Below, piece after piece: positions 1 to 9,947 of a stretch of 64,000 nucleotides of DNA (positions are counted from its first letter, which is position 1; each line of letters starts with the position of its first letter). The notes under the pieces are model-generated. The model ran no database searches and was not told the origin of the DNA. It saw only the letters and a list, made by a program, of their open reading frames with translations. The position numbers and the translations under genes are program-made. The stretch comes from a virus, in IMG/VR virus record IMGVR_UViG_3300037851_000865, positions 111,762-175,761 of that record. The stretch is one strand, 5' to 3'.

Positions 1-441
1 ACCCGTGAGGACCTGCTGCCTCACTGGAAGGAGCACACCCCCTTCGTCCAGACCATGCCGGACAAGTACCGCCACCCAGACGGGGTTCAGGCCTACAGGA
101 ACTTCTACATCTGCGAAAAAGTTCGGTTTGCCCGCTGGGCACACTCCTGTCGGCCGGTGTGGATGGACAGTGCTCCCGTTCTGGTCTCGAGCGGTGTAGA
201 ATCTCCGAATGAACCACAACGCGAACGAACGGTACCAGGGAGTGTTCGAGGACTTTCTTCTGAGCAAGGAAGCGTCGGACAAGAGCAGCTACACACCGGG
301 AGACGAGGACGAGTCGACGGTGGGGGTGAACAGCGGGCAGCAGCCGAAGCCACAGGGCCGGGGCGAGAACACAATCGACGCCCCGTGGGGCGACAATCCC
401 GCACCCGAAAGCTCCAGCAACAAGGTAGTGCATCACAGTGA
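1..441 (+). CDS. Pyrimidine-dimer DNA glycosylase-like protein, C-terminal part (5' truncated)
   Basis: Open frame from base 1: TPFVQTMPDKYRHPDGVQAYRNFYICEKVRFARW resembles the C-terminus of DenV-like phage proteins. Confidence 0.55.
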   Translation, partial: TREDLLPHWKEHTPFVQTMPDKYRHPDGVQAYRNFYICEKVRFARWAHSCRPVWMDSAPVLVSSGVESPNEPQRERTVPGSVRGLSSEQGSVGQEQLHTGRRGRVDGGGEQRAAAEATGPGREHNRRPVGRQSRTRKLQQQGSASQ

Positions 442-652
442 TGCGACTGTTCAGGGATTCATTCAAAGTCGTCAGCAAATCCTCGACGAGCTGTTCGATT
501 CCAAGAAGCCTGCAGCCAAGGCGGAGCAGGCCCTTGTTGGGGAGCAGTTCGAGCACGGGCGCACCGGCGAGTACGAGAGCAAGTCGCCTCTGCTCGAGAA
601 GGGCGCTCGTGACCAAACCCTGTCGGAGCGTGTGTCTGGGTTGCTCGGCTGA
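209..652 (+). CDS. Hypothetical protein
   Basis: 147 aa ORF; TAGAAT lies 6 nt upstream of the ATG (leaderless start). Confidence 0.7.
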   Translation: MNHNANERYQGVFEDFLLSKEASDKSSYTPGDEDESTVGVNSGQQPKPQGRGENTIDAPWGDNPAPESSSNKVVHHSDATVQGFIQSRQQILDELFDSKKPAAKAEQALVGEQFEHGRTGEYESKSPLLEKGARDQTLSERVSGLLG

Positions 653-680
653 GCAATCCAGCACGCCCCTCCGGCATAAC
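653..680 (+). promoter_or_regulatory. Putative phage sigma promoter GCAA-N16-GGCATAAC upstream of the sigma gene
   Basis: Matches a bipartite motif found about 15 times upstream of genes. Confidence 0.7.
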
Positions 681-694
681 CATACTGGAGGGAT

Positions 695-1501
695 ATGGCC
701 GCCACAAAAGTAGCCAGAAAGAAAACCGTGGACCCACTCGACACAGCGCTCAGCAGCAAAGAAAAACTGTCAGCTCAACGACGGGCTGACGACCTGGTGC
801 TGTGGCAGCAGTGGAAGCAAGACCCTACGCAGCAGAACATGCATGCGTTGATGACACGCTTCGAGCCTGTGTTTCGCCAGAAGACTCAGCAGTGGAAAGC
901 GCCCAACGTCAACGAGGCAGCCTTCCATACCAGCCTGAAGGTACAGGCCGCAAAGGCCTTTCAGTCCTTTGACCCCAACAAGGCTGCGCTGCGTACACAC
1001 CTCGAGAATAACTTGAAGCGCACCATGCGTTTCAACGCTCAGCAGCAGAACAATGCGTTCATTCCCGAGGGGCAGACACAATACATCGGAGCTCTCGACC
1101 GTGCGAAAGAGCACCTGTTCGAGCAATTTGGGAGAGAGCCCAGTCACCTGGAGATTGCGACTTACGTCAACTCCGATGCAGACCTGCTGGGAAGCAAGAA
1201 GCCGATGAACGCTCGTTTGGTTGCTCGTATTGAGACCAACCGACGCAGCGACATCTTTGGTTCTACGCTCGAGTCTGACCCCACCGGTTCAGTCACAGAC
1301 CGCAACCGTCAAATCCTTGGACTCATCCCGTTTGAGCTCAAAGAGGATGAGAAGCAGGTGTTCAACCATCTGTACGGAACAAACGGTGCGCGCAAGATTA
1401 CAAGTACTACTGCTCTTGCGGCACAGCTGGGGAAGAGCTCCAGCCAGATATCACGCATCAAGAGCAGAATCGCCGACGTGTACAAGAAACACCTCGGCTA
1501 A
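695..1501 (+). CDS. Sigma-70 family (FliA/WhiG-like) RNA polymerase sigma factor
   Basis: Region 2-like AFQSFDPNK; region 3 FGREPSHLEIA; region 4 HTH TALAAQLGKSSSQISRIKSR; no region 1. Confidence 0.85.
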   Translation: MAATKVARKKTVDPLDTALSSKEKLSAQRRADDLVLWQQWKQDPTQQNMHALMTRFEPVFRQKTQQWKAPNVNEAAFHTSLKVQAAKAFQSFDPNKAALRTHLENNLKRTMRFNAQQQNNAFIPEGQTQYIGALDRAKEHLFEQFGREPSHLEIATYVNSDADLLGSKKPMNARLVARIETNRRSDIFGSTLESDPTGSVTDRNRQILGLIPFELKEDEKQVFNHLYGTNGARKITSTTALAAQLGKSSSQISRIKSRIADVYKKHLG

Positions 1502-1523
1502 CTTAAAAAGTTTTAAGCAGCGA

Positions 1524-1556
1524 AGGGCGGCCAGTTGGTCACCCTTTTCTTTTTGG
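1524..1556 (+). terminator. Intrinsic terminator
   Basis: AAGGGCGGCC/GGTCACCCTT hairpin followed by a T-tract. Confidence 0.5.
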
Positions 1557-1563
1557 AGCAATC

Positions 1564-2730
1564 ATGAGCAATCTCCCAATCGCAAAAGACAGTAACAAGA
1601 GCGCCCTCGCTAAGAAGCGCCTCGAGACGCAAGTACTTATCGGCGAGCGTCGTCAGGCCGCTATCGTTGAGCAGGTCTCTTCGATGGTCATCAAAGACGC
1701 CCTGATTCTGCCTCGTGAGATGAGCTTCTCCCACGAAGGCGGCCTCAAGGTGACGGCAAAGGGGCACGAGTTCACCGTGCACTCGCACGCACTCGGGCAG
1801 GTGGCAGGTGTGCTTGAGTACCCAAAGAGCTACCTGAGCAAGCTGCAGAACGGTGTGGTTGGTATCAGCCCCGGCGTCTGTCGCAAGAAGATGTGCGATG
1901 ACCTGAACTGGCACGCACACAATGCAAAGCTCACGAACCGCAAGAAGCAGGACGCGAAATATCTGATGAGGTACGTCGGTACTGAGATTCGTGGATTTCT
2001 CAGTCAGTCGTTCAAGCGCCATCTGGCCAGCGCGCCCCTGATGCGGGCGTTCTTGCATTCCTGTATGAGCAATGGCTTGGTGCCTATCGACGGGCACGCT
2101 TCGCCTGTTCGAGTGAACCTGCAGTGTGTTCTGCCCTACGTGTTCGAGCCCTACGACGGTGAGTTCGTCTCTGTGGGCGTTTCCTGGTCGAACTCTGACT
2201 TCGGCGGCGGTCGAATGAAAGTCAGTATGTTCATGAAACGTGTGAACGGTGACTCTGCTGTGATTCTGGACGATGCCATCAGCGAGGTGCATATCGGACC
2301 AGTCATTGAAGAGACTGATATTGAGATGTCTGCAGAGACCGTCGAAGCGGAACTCAAGGCACAGCGCAGCGCCATCGATGACGCAGTCTCGGGGCAGGTA
2401 TCCGCAGACAACATTCAGAAGCTGCTCGACGTCATTCAGATGGCCCACGAGGAAGAAATTCCTTGGTACCGCCTGCGTAACGAGCTCGGTAGCATTCTGC
2501 AGCGCAAAGAGCTTGAGCACATGCGAGAGCTTCTGAACGGCACCGCCGAAACAGGGCTGGAAGAACTGCCACCCATCCACTACGACGCGGAAGGGGACCC
2601 AGTTGCCACACGTTGGTGGTCCAGCGCCGTCCTCGGGCAGATTGCCGACAAGGAAGACAACGTGGAGCGTAAGAAAGAGCTTCAGGAACTCGCTGGTCAG
2701 ATTCTCGGGAAGACCAAGAAGGCAGCATGA
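1564..2730 (+). CDS. DUF932-like phage protein
   Basis: IRGFLSQSF and SWSNSDFGGGRMKV motifs typical of the DUF932 family. Confidence 0.65.
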   Translation: MSNLPIAKDSNKSALAKKRLETQVLIGERRQAAIVEQVSSMVIKDALILPREMSFSHEGGLKVTAKGHEFTVHSHALGQVAGVLEYPKSYLSKLQNGVVGISPGVCRKKMCDDLNWHAHNAKLTNRKKQDAKYLMRYVGTEIRGFLSQSFKRHLASAPLMRAFLHSCMSNGLVPIDGHASPVRVNLQCVLPYVFEPYDGEFVSVGVSWSNSDFGGGRMKVSMFMKRVNGDSAVILDDAISEVHIGPVIEETDIEMSAETVEAELKAQRSAIDDAVSGQVSADNIQKLLDVIQMAHEEEIPWYRLRNELGSILQRKELEHMRELLNGTAETGLEELPPIHYDAEGDPVATRWWSSAVLGQIADKEDNVERKKELQELAGQILGKTKKAA

Positions 2731-2969
2731 GCGACACACCGTCACCAGTTGTTGTCATTCCTCTTCTGACAGAGGAGTGGAAACAAGACCCAGAAGCTAC
2801 TGCCAAGAAGTTCCGGCAGTTCATCGAGTACCACAAGTACTTGAACAACAAGATGGTCGTGTGCCTTTACCGAAGTGCTTTGGTGCAGCTAATGAGAGGC
2901 CAGGGCACTGAGTGTCTGCATGGGTTTAACATGACGGACGAGCAGCTTGAGAAGGCTTGCGGAGTTTGA
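2727..2969 (+). CDS. Hypothetical protein
   Basis: ATGA overlap with the upstream gene. Confidence 0.7.
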   Translation: MSDTPSPVVVIPLLTEEWKQDPEATAKKFRQFIEYHKYLNNKMVVCLYRSALVQLMRGQGTECLHGFNMTDEQLEKACGV

Positions 2970-2971
2970 TT

Positions 2972-3000
2972 GAAACGCGCCTACGGGCGCGTTTCTTAGC
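2972..3000 (+). terminator. Intrinsic terminator with TTAGC tail
   Basis: GAAACGCGCC-TACG-GGCGCGTTTC followed by TTAGC. Confidence 0.75.
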
Positions 3001-3015
3001 TAAGGAAAGAACAGA

Positions 3016-3927
3016 ATGTATTCATCAAAGATTCTTGCAGACAGTGTCAGCCCTGACGGTGTTCGACTCACCACTATGGAGGTGTGCTTTCCTCGCATCG
3101 TACTAGCTGAGTTCAATACGCATCGGATGTTCTCACGTAACTCTGCCAGCTCTCGAGCCATTCCGGTAGAAAAGATGCTCAAGCTGGCGCAAGAGCATCC
3201 TTACATCCCTGAGGAGTTTGGCTCCAACCAGAAGGGTATGCAGGCCGGTGATGCCTTGACGGGATACCGCGCCCTTCACGCCCGCGGAGAGTGGCTTCAG
3301 GCCAGAGACAATGCTGTCTACCAGGCCAGCAAGCTCCTCGAGCTAGGGGTGCACAAGCAGCTCACCAATCGTCTCCTCGAACCTTTCATGTGGCACACAG
3401 TCATTGTGTCAGCCACAGATTGGTCGAACTTCTTTCACCTGCGCACCCACGAGGCAGCTCACCCAGCTATTCGTGAGATAGCGCTGATGATGGAGGAAGA
3501 TTACAACAACTTCACACCGAAGCGTCTCGACTACGGCGAGTGGCACCTGCCTCTTGTAGATGACGAAGACCTCGAGGCATTCAGCGACCACGACCCTGCT
3601 GCCCTTCCTTCGAGGGAGCGCATGCTCTGTTCCGCCGGTCGTTGTGCTCGAGTTTCGTACTTGACGCATGATGGGCGCCGAGATGTCACGGCTGACATCG
3701 CCTTGGCGGTTCGCCTACTCGAGTCCGGGCACATGAGCCCGTTTGAGCATGTTGCTCGCCCGATGACTGAGGAGGAGATTGAACAGCTATCTAACGCTTG
3801 TGCGCCTCAGGGGTACAACGGTTTGAAGCCATACACAGGTATCCCCTTCTCTGGAAACTTCTGCGGGTGGGTACAGTACCGCAAGACAATCGAACATGAG
3901 GACGACATGCTAGGAGCACGCGAGTAA
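3016..3927 (+). CDS. thyX: FAD-dependent thymidylate synthase
   Basis: EFNTHRMFSRNSASSR, SAGRCARVSY and HMSPFEH motifs. Confidence 0.92.
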   Translation: MYSSKILADSVSPDGVRLTTMEVCFPRIVLAEFNTHRMFSRNSASSRAIPVEKMLKLAQEHPYIPEEFGSNQKGMQAGDALTGYRALHARGEWLQARDNAVYQASKLLELGVHKQLTNRLLEPFMWHTVIVSATDWSNFFHLRTHEAAHPAIREIALMMEEDYNNFTPKRLDYGEWHLPLVDDEDLEAFSDHDPAALPSRERMLCSAGRCARVSYLTHDGRRDVTADIALAVRLLESGHMSPFEHVARPMTEEEIEQLSNACAPQGYNGLKPYTGIPFSGNFCGWVQYRKTIEHEDDMLGARE

Positions 3928-4196
3928 TGCACGTTGACGAATTCATTGACGACCACAAAACCGACAACTACGCTAGCTGGTTCTTCGCACTGCATCGCTA
4001 CCCAGCGATGCTACAGATGAAGTTCGGTGAGTACATCGCAAAGTATCAGCTGTACTGCGACTACAAAGAGTCACGCTATCGAGTAGTCGGCTGCTCACGT
4101 ATGGGCGACGTCTGGCTGACGAAAGACTTCACCAGCACACAGTACCAAGAACGTGTGGATGTTGCGGACTGCAGCGCATGGTCACCGAAGCCGTGA
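3927..4196 (+). CDS. Hypothetical protein
   Basis: TAATG coupling to thyX. Confidence 0.75.
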   Translation: MHVDEFIDDHKTDNYASWFFALHRYPAMLQMKFGEYIAKYQLYCDYKESRYRVVGCSRMGDVWLTKDFTSTQYQERVDVADCSAWSPKP

Positions 4197-4459
4197 CGGA
4201 GAAGCCTTGGTGTGTTTACTTGCTGCAGAGCTTCAGTTACGGCACGTACTACATCGGGATAACCAACAACATCAAACACCGCTTGTCCATGCACAACGCG
4301 GGGAATGCCAGCAGCCACACCAGAGGTCGTCGCCCCTGGAAGCTGGTCTCAACAATCAGCTGCCAAAGTAAAAGTGAGGCCTTGAAACTTGAGGCAAAGC
4401 TGAAGAAACTACCAAAGAGTCAGAAGGAGAGCGCATTCGCTTCATACCCTCGAACCTGA
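4193..4459 (+). CDS. GIY-YIG nuclease family protein
   Basis: VYLL..YYIGITNNIKHRLSMHN..T..RRPWKLV..ALKLEAKLKK. Confidence 0.9.
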   Translation: MTEKPWCVYLLQSFSYGTYYIGITNNIKHRLSMHNAGNASSHTRGRRPWKLVSTISCQSKSEALKLEAKLKKLPKSQKESAFASYPRT

Positions 4460-4554
4460 AGAACCCTTGTCCCGTCTGCTACAAACGACCTGTCGTTTAC
4501 AGAGGCGCGACAACGTGTTCCTATGAGTGCTGGGTGTACCTCAAAGGAAAAGAC

Positions 4555-4800
4555 ATGGGAGAACAAATGCAAATGCAGTACGACCGTGACCTCTACCAGC
4601 AGCCGCCGGTACAGGAAGTAGCGTCGGCGAAGAAACCAAGGATGTCCTTGAAGGCAAAGAAGCAGGCCTTCGCAGATTTGTCGTCTTTGATTACTTACAG
4701 GACGATGCACGATGAGAACTACGAGATGTCGGACGGCCTTGGTCGTCTGATGGAGTCTCTCGGTCTCGACATCAAGACATCAGAGGGCAAGAAGGAATGA
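4555..4800 (+). CDS. Hypothetical protein
   Basis: AAAGGA RBS; ATGA overlap with the next gene. Confidence 0.65.
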   Translation: MGEQMQMQYDRDLYQQPPVQEVASAKKPRMSLKAKKQAFADLSSLITYRTMHDENYEMSDGLGRLMESLGLDIKTSEGKKE

Positions 4801-5429
4801 TTCGAAAGTCTGCGGAGCAAATACTCGCTCTGCAGCGCATTGCGGAGTCTCCTTCGGCACACATCATAGGAGTAGACGAGGTTGGGCTTGGCTGTCTCGC
4901 GGGCCCAATCACCGTCGCCGCCGCTGTGTTCGAGAAGGGCTGGAGCCACAAGAAGGTCAAAGACTCCAAAGCGCTCAGCCCGAAAGGGCGGCAGCGAGCT
5001 GACAAGATAGTGAGGGAGCAGGCACTTTCGTACTGCATCTTCTCAGCAACCAACGATGAGATAGACAAGTTCGGTCTGCACACAATGAAAGACCGCCTCA
5101 CGGAACAAGTTGTGCTCCAAATGCTGCACTACTTTCCTCAGGCCCTCATCGTTCAGGACGGAAACGTCCCGACTGTGATTGGTGGAAGACCGCAGAACAT
5201 GGTCTGGCTGCCCAAGGCGGACGCCCTCGTTCCCGCAGTATCAGCGGCCAGTTGCTTGGCCAAAGTGTACCGAGACACCTTCATGTGTTCGATGTCCTAT
5301 GAGTACCCAGGCTACGGCTTCGGAAGTAACATGGGGTATGGGACCGACCAGCACGTCCAAGCGCTTCGGTCTCTCGGCGCGTGCTACCTTCACCGCAAGA
5401 GCTTCAAGCCGGTACAGGCTGTGCTCTGA
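4797..5429 (+). CDS. rnhB: Ribonuclease HII
   Basis: IGVDEVGLGCLAGP, VKDSK, KAD..VSAAS.LAKVYRD and YPGYGF..NMGYGT motifs. Confidence 0.93.
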   Translation: MIRKSAEQILALQRIAESPSAHIIGVDEVGLGCLAGPITVAAAVFEKGWSHKKVKDSKALSPKGRQRADKIVREQALSYCIFSATNDEIDKFGLHTMKDRLTEQVVLQMLHYFPQALIVQDGNVPTVIGGRPQNMVWLPKADALVPAVSAASCLAKVYRDTFMCSMSYEYPGYGFGSNMGYGTDQHVQALRSLGACYLHRKSFKPVQAVL

Positions 5430-5441
5430 TAGGATGCAAAC

Positions 5442-5660
5442 ATGGCCAGCAAAGAAGAACGAGACGCACGTCTGGACAAACTTGAACAGGCCGTGGATGC
5501 TTGGGCGGACAAGAGGAAGAAGCGTCTCACCAAAGAGTCCGCTCTTCTGAAGAAGATACTCAAAGGGCGTACTGGTTCGGAGCGTCTCAACAACGCTTCC
5601 GTACAAGCCGCCTCTGAGCTACAGGTGGATGAAATCAGTCAGTTCCTGACAGGAGAATGA
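5442..5660 (+). CDS. Hypothetical coiled-coil protein
   Basis: 72 aa ORF; TAGGAT lies 6 nt upstream of the ATG. Confidence 0.7.
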   Translation: MASKEERDARLDKLEQAVDAWADKRKKRLTKESALLKKILKGRTGSERLNNASVQAASELQVDEISQFLTGE

Positions 5661-5986
5661 ACATGAGTGAAGAAGCAGTCGCAGTACAAGAAGTATTCAC
5701 GGAAGTACCGGTCGAAGAAGCGCCGGCAAAGCCCGCACCCACTGTTATCCAGGACCTAGACCGCATGCAGCTCATCAATCTTGAGCTTCAAGTGAGCTCG
5801 TTTGCCGACAAAAAGCAGGTGCTTCAGGCAAAGATGGAGGCACTCATCGCTCAGGAGCGGCTTGCCATGGGTGAGAGAAATCAGCTCCTTGCTGCTTTGG
5901 CTATGAAGTACAGGTTTGACCCCAACGCCTGTGTAATGGACCCGCAGACTGGTCTGGTGACTCCTCGCCAACCTCACCAGGGATAA
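5657..5986 (+). CDS. Hypothetical protein
   Basis: GGAG RBS and ATGA overlap. Confidence 0.7.
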   Translation: MNMSEEAVAVQEVFTEVPVEEAPAKPAPTVIQDLDRMQLINLELQVSSFADKKQVLQAKMEALIAQERLAMGERNQLLAALAMKYRFDPNACVMDPQTGLVTPRQPHQG

Positions 5987-6004
5987 GTCGGATAGAATAC
6001 CCCC

Positions 6005-7036
6005 ATGAGCGTAGATATCTCGAAGACAGTTACAGATGGCGGCACTGTTCAGTTGGTGCAGGTGAACGTTTGCCTGCAGGACACCGACTGGCAAGGTAAC
6101 TTCGACCGTATCGAGATAGAGCGCTCACGGGGGCTTTCAACTGGTCCCTTTGAGCCCTTGACCGCGGATGTGTGGACTAACGCCCGCATCCCCGCCGATG
6201 GGGGCGCCCCCGCCACCGGTCCTGTGACCGGCCCCACCCTAGCTATCGTAGGCGAAACGCTCGAACTCCTCCTCGGAGAGGAGTACGCTTACACTGTAAC
6301 GTTCACGGACCCAGGCCCCGGCACCCTGACCGTGCAGCAGGCGGCGGCCCAGATTCAGTTCCAGGTACCTCTCCTGCAAGCTTGGGTGGACGATAACGCC
6401 CGTTTGGTGCTCCAGACCGTCATGGCGGGCACCGGTGCAGCCTTGCGGGTAGTTGGGGGAGATGCCGCCCCGGCGCTGCTGCTACCCACCACGGAGCCAG
6501 ACAGTGTGTCTTTCGGCAAGGATGCTCGGCTGGCTCTCGTCCTCGGCAAGGAGCGGTACTGCTTCCGGGACCTCCAGGGCTCGGACGGGTACTTCTATCG
6601 CATGCGGTTCTTCGATACGGCTACCGGGGCCACGAGCTCGTACGGGGCTCCTGCGCCGGTTCCTCGAGCCAACGGGCTGGGGTGCGAGGATGTGGTCGAA
6701 GGGCGTGTCCGTCTGGTTGCCCTGAACGGCAGGCCTCTTTGTGGGGTGCAGGTTCGGGTGTTCAATCGTGCGGGCCTCTTCGAAAAGTCCGGGGCTCTGG
6801 TCTCGGGGAATCAGCTCACCGCGCTGACCGATGCCTCCGGCGTCGCTTCTTTTAGCCTTGTACGAGGCATGACCGTCGAAGTAGCCATCGATGGGACGTC
6901 ACTTGTGCGGCAAATCACCGTGCCCGAGGACCCTGCTGAGGGCGTCTTCAATCTGCTCGACCCAGCTATCGGCCCTGATGACTACTTCCGTGTCAAACAC
7001 CCCGACATCCAATACGCCTACAAGCGAACCCTCTGA
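6005..7036 (+). CDS. Putative virion structural protein (beta-rich)
   Basis: 343 aa; C-terminal transthyretin-like motif GRPL.GVQV..TDASGVASFSL; leaderless start. Confidence 0.55.
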   Translation: MSVDISKTVTDGGTVQLVQVNVCLQDTDWQGNFDRIEIERSRGLSTGPFEPLTADVWTNARIPADGGAPATGPVTGPTLAIVGETLELLLGEEYAYTVTFTDPGPGTLTVQQAAAQIQFQVPLLQAWVDDNARLVLQTVMAGTGAALRVVGGDAAPALLLPTTEPDSVSFGKDARLALVLGKERYCFRDLQGSDGYFYRMRFFDTATGATSSYGAPAPVPRANGLGCEDVVEGRVRLVALNGRPLCGVQVRVFNRAGLFEKSGALVSGNQLTALTDASGVASFSLVRGMTVEVAIDGTSLVRQITVPEDPAEGVFNLLDPAIGPDDYFRVKHPDIQYAYKRTL

Positions 7037-7302
7037 CCTGGTCACGTTTGTGTTCACCCCGCGGGGTCGCGAGGGGGCAAACGTTTGCCACCTGAAGCAC
7101 TGCGGAGCACGGATTGGCCAGTACCTGAAGAGCGGAGCTCTTCGTCCTCATGGACTGCTTACCCGGGCCCATCGAGGCAAGGTGTACAACAAGCACGGCA
7201 CGCGAGTGAAGCTCACTTACATCCCTTTTCCAGGTGACGTTATTCTGCTTGAGTGGTAAATGCTTGCGCCATGTCGCTCCCTGAGCGATACAGGGAGGCA
7301 AG

Positions 7303-8187
7303 ATGGCATACGAGCAGGTGGATATCTTTGTCGAGAGCTCGACGCTGAACGAGCCCGTTGAGGGTGTGACGGTACGCATCTACGACAAGGAAGGGGCGGT
7401 TCTATTTTCGGAAGCGACCACAGATGCGGCTGGGCGAGCTGGATTCATGTTGGCTCCACAGGAGTACACCATGCGTTTCTTTAAGTTCGCAGTGTCCTTC
7501 AAGCAGCCCCAACACTTCACAGTGGAGTCAGACCCCTACACTCCCGGAACCACCCTCAACCAGTTCACCGTCAAAGCGGGCATCCTCGACAAGCCCCTAG
7601 CCGTTGACCCCCGACTATGCCGCGCAAGCGGCTTTTTTCGTACCGCGACAGGGCATCCTCGGCAGTACCTCGACATCCACTTCATCGCTGAGTTTCGTCC
7701 AGTCATCCTTGACGGCACCCTCGTCATGGACGAGAGGCGCACAATCAAAACCACCAAGGAAGGCTACGGTTGTATCGACCTCATTCGAGGTGCTTGTTAC
7801 GCCGTGACCCTTGAAGACTTCGAAGACGACAACTTCTACATCCACGTGCCCGACGCTCCGTGCGTCAACCTTCCTGACCTGCTGTTCCCGACCATTAGTA
7901 AAATCACGCTAGCCCCGGTCGTCGTGAACGTAGGACAAGAAGTCACAGTCTTTCCTGAGGTACTAAACTCGGCAGGCGTGCCCATCAAGGGCACCGCTAT
8001 GCAGGACCTTCAGTGGACGCTCGATGGTACAACTGTCGCGTCGCTGTCTGTCACGAGTGAGAGCCTGCTCATCACAGGTAAGGTTGCAGGCACGACCACT
8101 CTGACTGCAACACTGAAGAACACAGGCGTCACCAAGATTCCAAACACAGGCATTGAGGGGTTGCCTGTGTTGGTGACTGTGGGCTGA
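7303..8187 (+). CDS. Putative virion protein with carboxypeptidase-regulatory-like and Ig-like (Big_2) domains
   Basis: PVEGVTVRIY..TTDAAGRA at the N-terminus; LQWT..VASL..ITGKVAGTTTLTAT at the C-terminus. Confidence 0.6.
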   Translation: MAYEQVDIFVESSTLNEPVEGVTVRIYDKEGAVLFSEATTDAAGRAGFMLAPQEYTMRFFKFAVSFKQPQHFTVESDPYTPGTTLNQFTVKAGILDKPLAVDPRLCRASGFFRTATGHPRQYLDIHFIAEFRPVILDGTLVMDERRTIKTTKEGYGCIDLIRGACYAVTLEDFEDDNFYIHVPDAPCVNLPDLLFPTISKITLAPVVVNVGQEVTVFPEVLNSAGVPIKGTAMQDLQWTLDGTTVASLSVTSESLLITGKVAGTTTLTATLKNTGVTKIPNTGIEGLPVLVTVG

Positions 8188-8849
8188 TGCAAACGGAGGG
8201 GGCTATGCAGGTAGCGCACTTGTTGAGTGTAGTCCTGTCTATTCAGACACAAGCGGCGTCATGTGGCGCACCTGTTCAAGAGTACGTAACCAAAACACAA
8301 CAGGCTCTGTGTGCGCAGCTAGAGCTAATAGCGCATGAGGTAGTGCCTGTTGTTGTCGACGAATTGGATGAACCTGAGAAGCGACCGCGTAGCGCTTTTG
8401 ACCCTGACGCCCACGACGAAATTATGGCTGCTTCTCGATGCCGAGCTCTGCTGCTCGAGGTCATCAGAAGGGCAGCACACGACTGGGTGCTTTACCGGAA
8501 CACACGCAAGCCCGAGAGAGCCTTTGCCCGCTCAGCGTACATCTGGTTGTTCCAAGAAGAGCCCGGCCACCCTGATTGGGAGCTGCGGAAGAAGGAAGGC
8601 GAGCCTCTCATGGCCTTCCTCACCATCTGCGAGTGCTTGGACCTCGACCCAGAGGTTGTTCGGCGGCGAGTACGCCAGATGAACGTCAAAGACATCATGG
8701 CTGCGGGACGGCCCGCCGAGACGCGTAAGGTCAAGCACGAGGGCATCGAAGATTACAGCACACCGAGCAACGTCGAGGTCGAGCTCATCTCCCTCGAAAG
8801 TATGGACGGCTCCTTGTACGAGAGCCACTTTGCCCTTCAGGCTTGTTGA
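8187..8849 (+). CDS. Hypothetical protein (conserved phage motif A..W...F..IC..L..DP..VR)
   Basis: 220 aa ORF; start uncertain. Confidence 0.65.
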   Translation: MQTEGAMQVAHLLSVVLSIQTQAASCGAPVQEYVTKTQQALCAQLELIAHEVVPVVVDELDEPEKRPRSAFDPDAHDEIMAASRCRALLLEVIRRAAHDWVLYRNTRKPERAFARSAYIWLFQEEPGHPDWELRKKEGEPLMAFLTICECLDLDPEVVRRRVRQMNVKDIMAAGRPAETRKVKHEGIEDYSTPSNVEVELISLESMDGSLYESHFALQAC

Positions 8850-8877
8850 GCAAAAGCCATTTCTTCTAGGTGATAAA
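8850..8877 (+). promoter_or_regulatory. Putative phage sigma promoter GCAA-N16-GTGATAAA
   Basis: Motif match upstream of the gene at 8895. Confidence 0.55.
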
Positions 8878-8894
8878 AAGCCTGGAAGGAAAGC

Positions 8895-9381
8895 ATGGCT
8901 AATTACTACACGCATATCACGTTTACTGTTCCGCTGGAGAACGAGGAACAGTTCATGTTTCTCCACGACCTCGTTGAGTTGGCGACAACGCTCGCAGACT
9001 GGGACGAGTACAAGCAATCACAGGTCCTGGCTCAGTCCCCTGAATATCAGTACTTCGTAGACAGTCCTGCAGGCGACATCTACGTCGAGAAACAGAAGGA
9101 TGCAGACGGCGCGTCGTACGCTTGGTTGTACTGCGAAGAGGCGTCTGACCCTTGGACCTTTGGTCTTATTTGTCAGGCCTTCCTGTCGAAGTTCAAACCA
9201 GATGGAGCTATTGCTTTTTTCATGGGCAGACACGTGCGACAAACCCCGAACAGACACACCACAAGGCGGCGCCATCTTCGTCACCGCAACAGAGATGCAC
9301 GTCGAGAACACCTATGATATTCGTAGGCGTTTCATGGAAAAAACAGGCATCAAGGCAATCAACACATCGGAAGGGTTCTAA
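8895..9381 (+). pseudogene. Hypothetical protein split by a frameshift at a T6 run (9215-9220)
   Basis: N-terminal part MANYYTHITF.. continues in another frame as FSWADTCDKPR..GGAIFVTA and ends coupled to the next ATG. Confidence 0.65.
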
Positions 9382-9947
9382 TGGACAAAGAATACAAGTG
9401 TGAGGCAGTCTCTACTACAGTCCCCCTTGAGACGATTGCGTCTGAGCTGGAGAAGAAGCTGAACTCTTTCCACGAACAAGGCTACTACATTCACGCCGTG
9501 GACCGCGTAGAGAGCAAAGGCTTCATCATCACAGGCCGTAAGCAAGATGTGGCAGAGGAACAGCCTGTTAAGAGTTCTTTTGGTCTCGGGGCTCCGCGGG
9601 TGATTCAGACTTCCCTGGCCGCGCTACTCAGTACGCTCGCAGGTAGCGAGTCGATTCCAGGAGTATCCGAAGTCCCTCCGCGTGTGCGTGCAGCGTTGAG
9701 CATGCATGGCGCCAGCATTCAGGAAAACGGGGCAGATACCGATGAGGCTTTGCGGGCTTGTATCCGTGAGGTGTACGGGGCTGCTGTAGGCATTGAGCTC
9801 GGGGAGGACCGCAAGGCTACCCTGCATGCGATGGAAGTGCACGCCGAGTGCTGCACCCACAAGGGCGAAGAGGGTTGCGGTATGATGCGCGACCTGCGAA
9901 GGGTGAGTGCTCAGATGGAGGTCCTCATCAAGGACAAGCTCCAATGA
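9381..9947 (+). CDS. Hypothetical protein
   Basis: 188 aa; TAATG coupling. Confidence 0.75.
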   Translation: MDKEYKCEAVSTTVPLETIASELEKKLNSFHEQGYYIHAVDRVESKGFIITGRKQDVAEEQPVKSSFGLGAPRVIQTSLAALLSTLAGSESIPGVSEVPPRVRAALSMHGASIQENGADTDEALRACIREVYGAAVGIELGEDRKATLHAMEVHAECCTHKGEEGCGMMRDLRRVSAQMEVLIKDKLQ

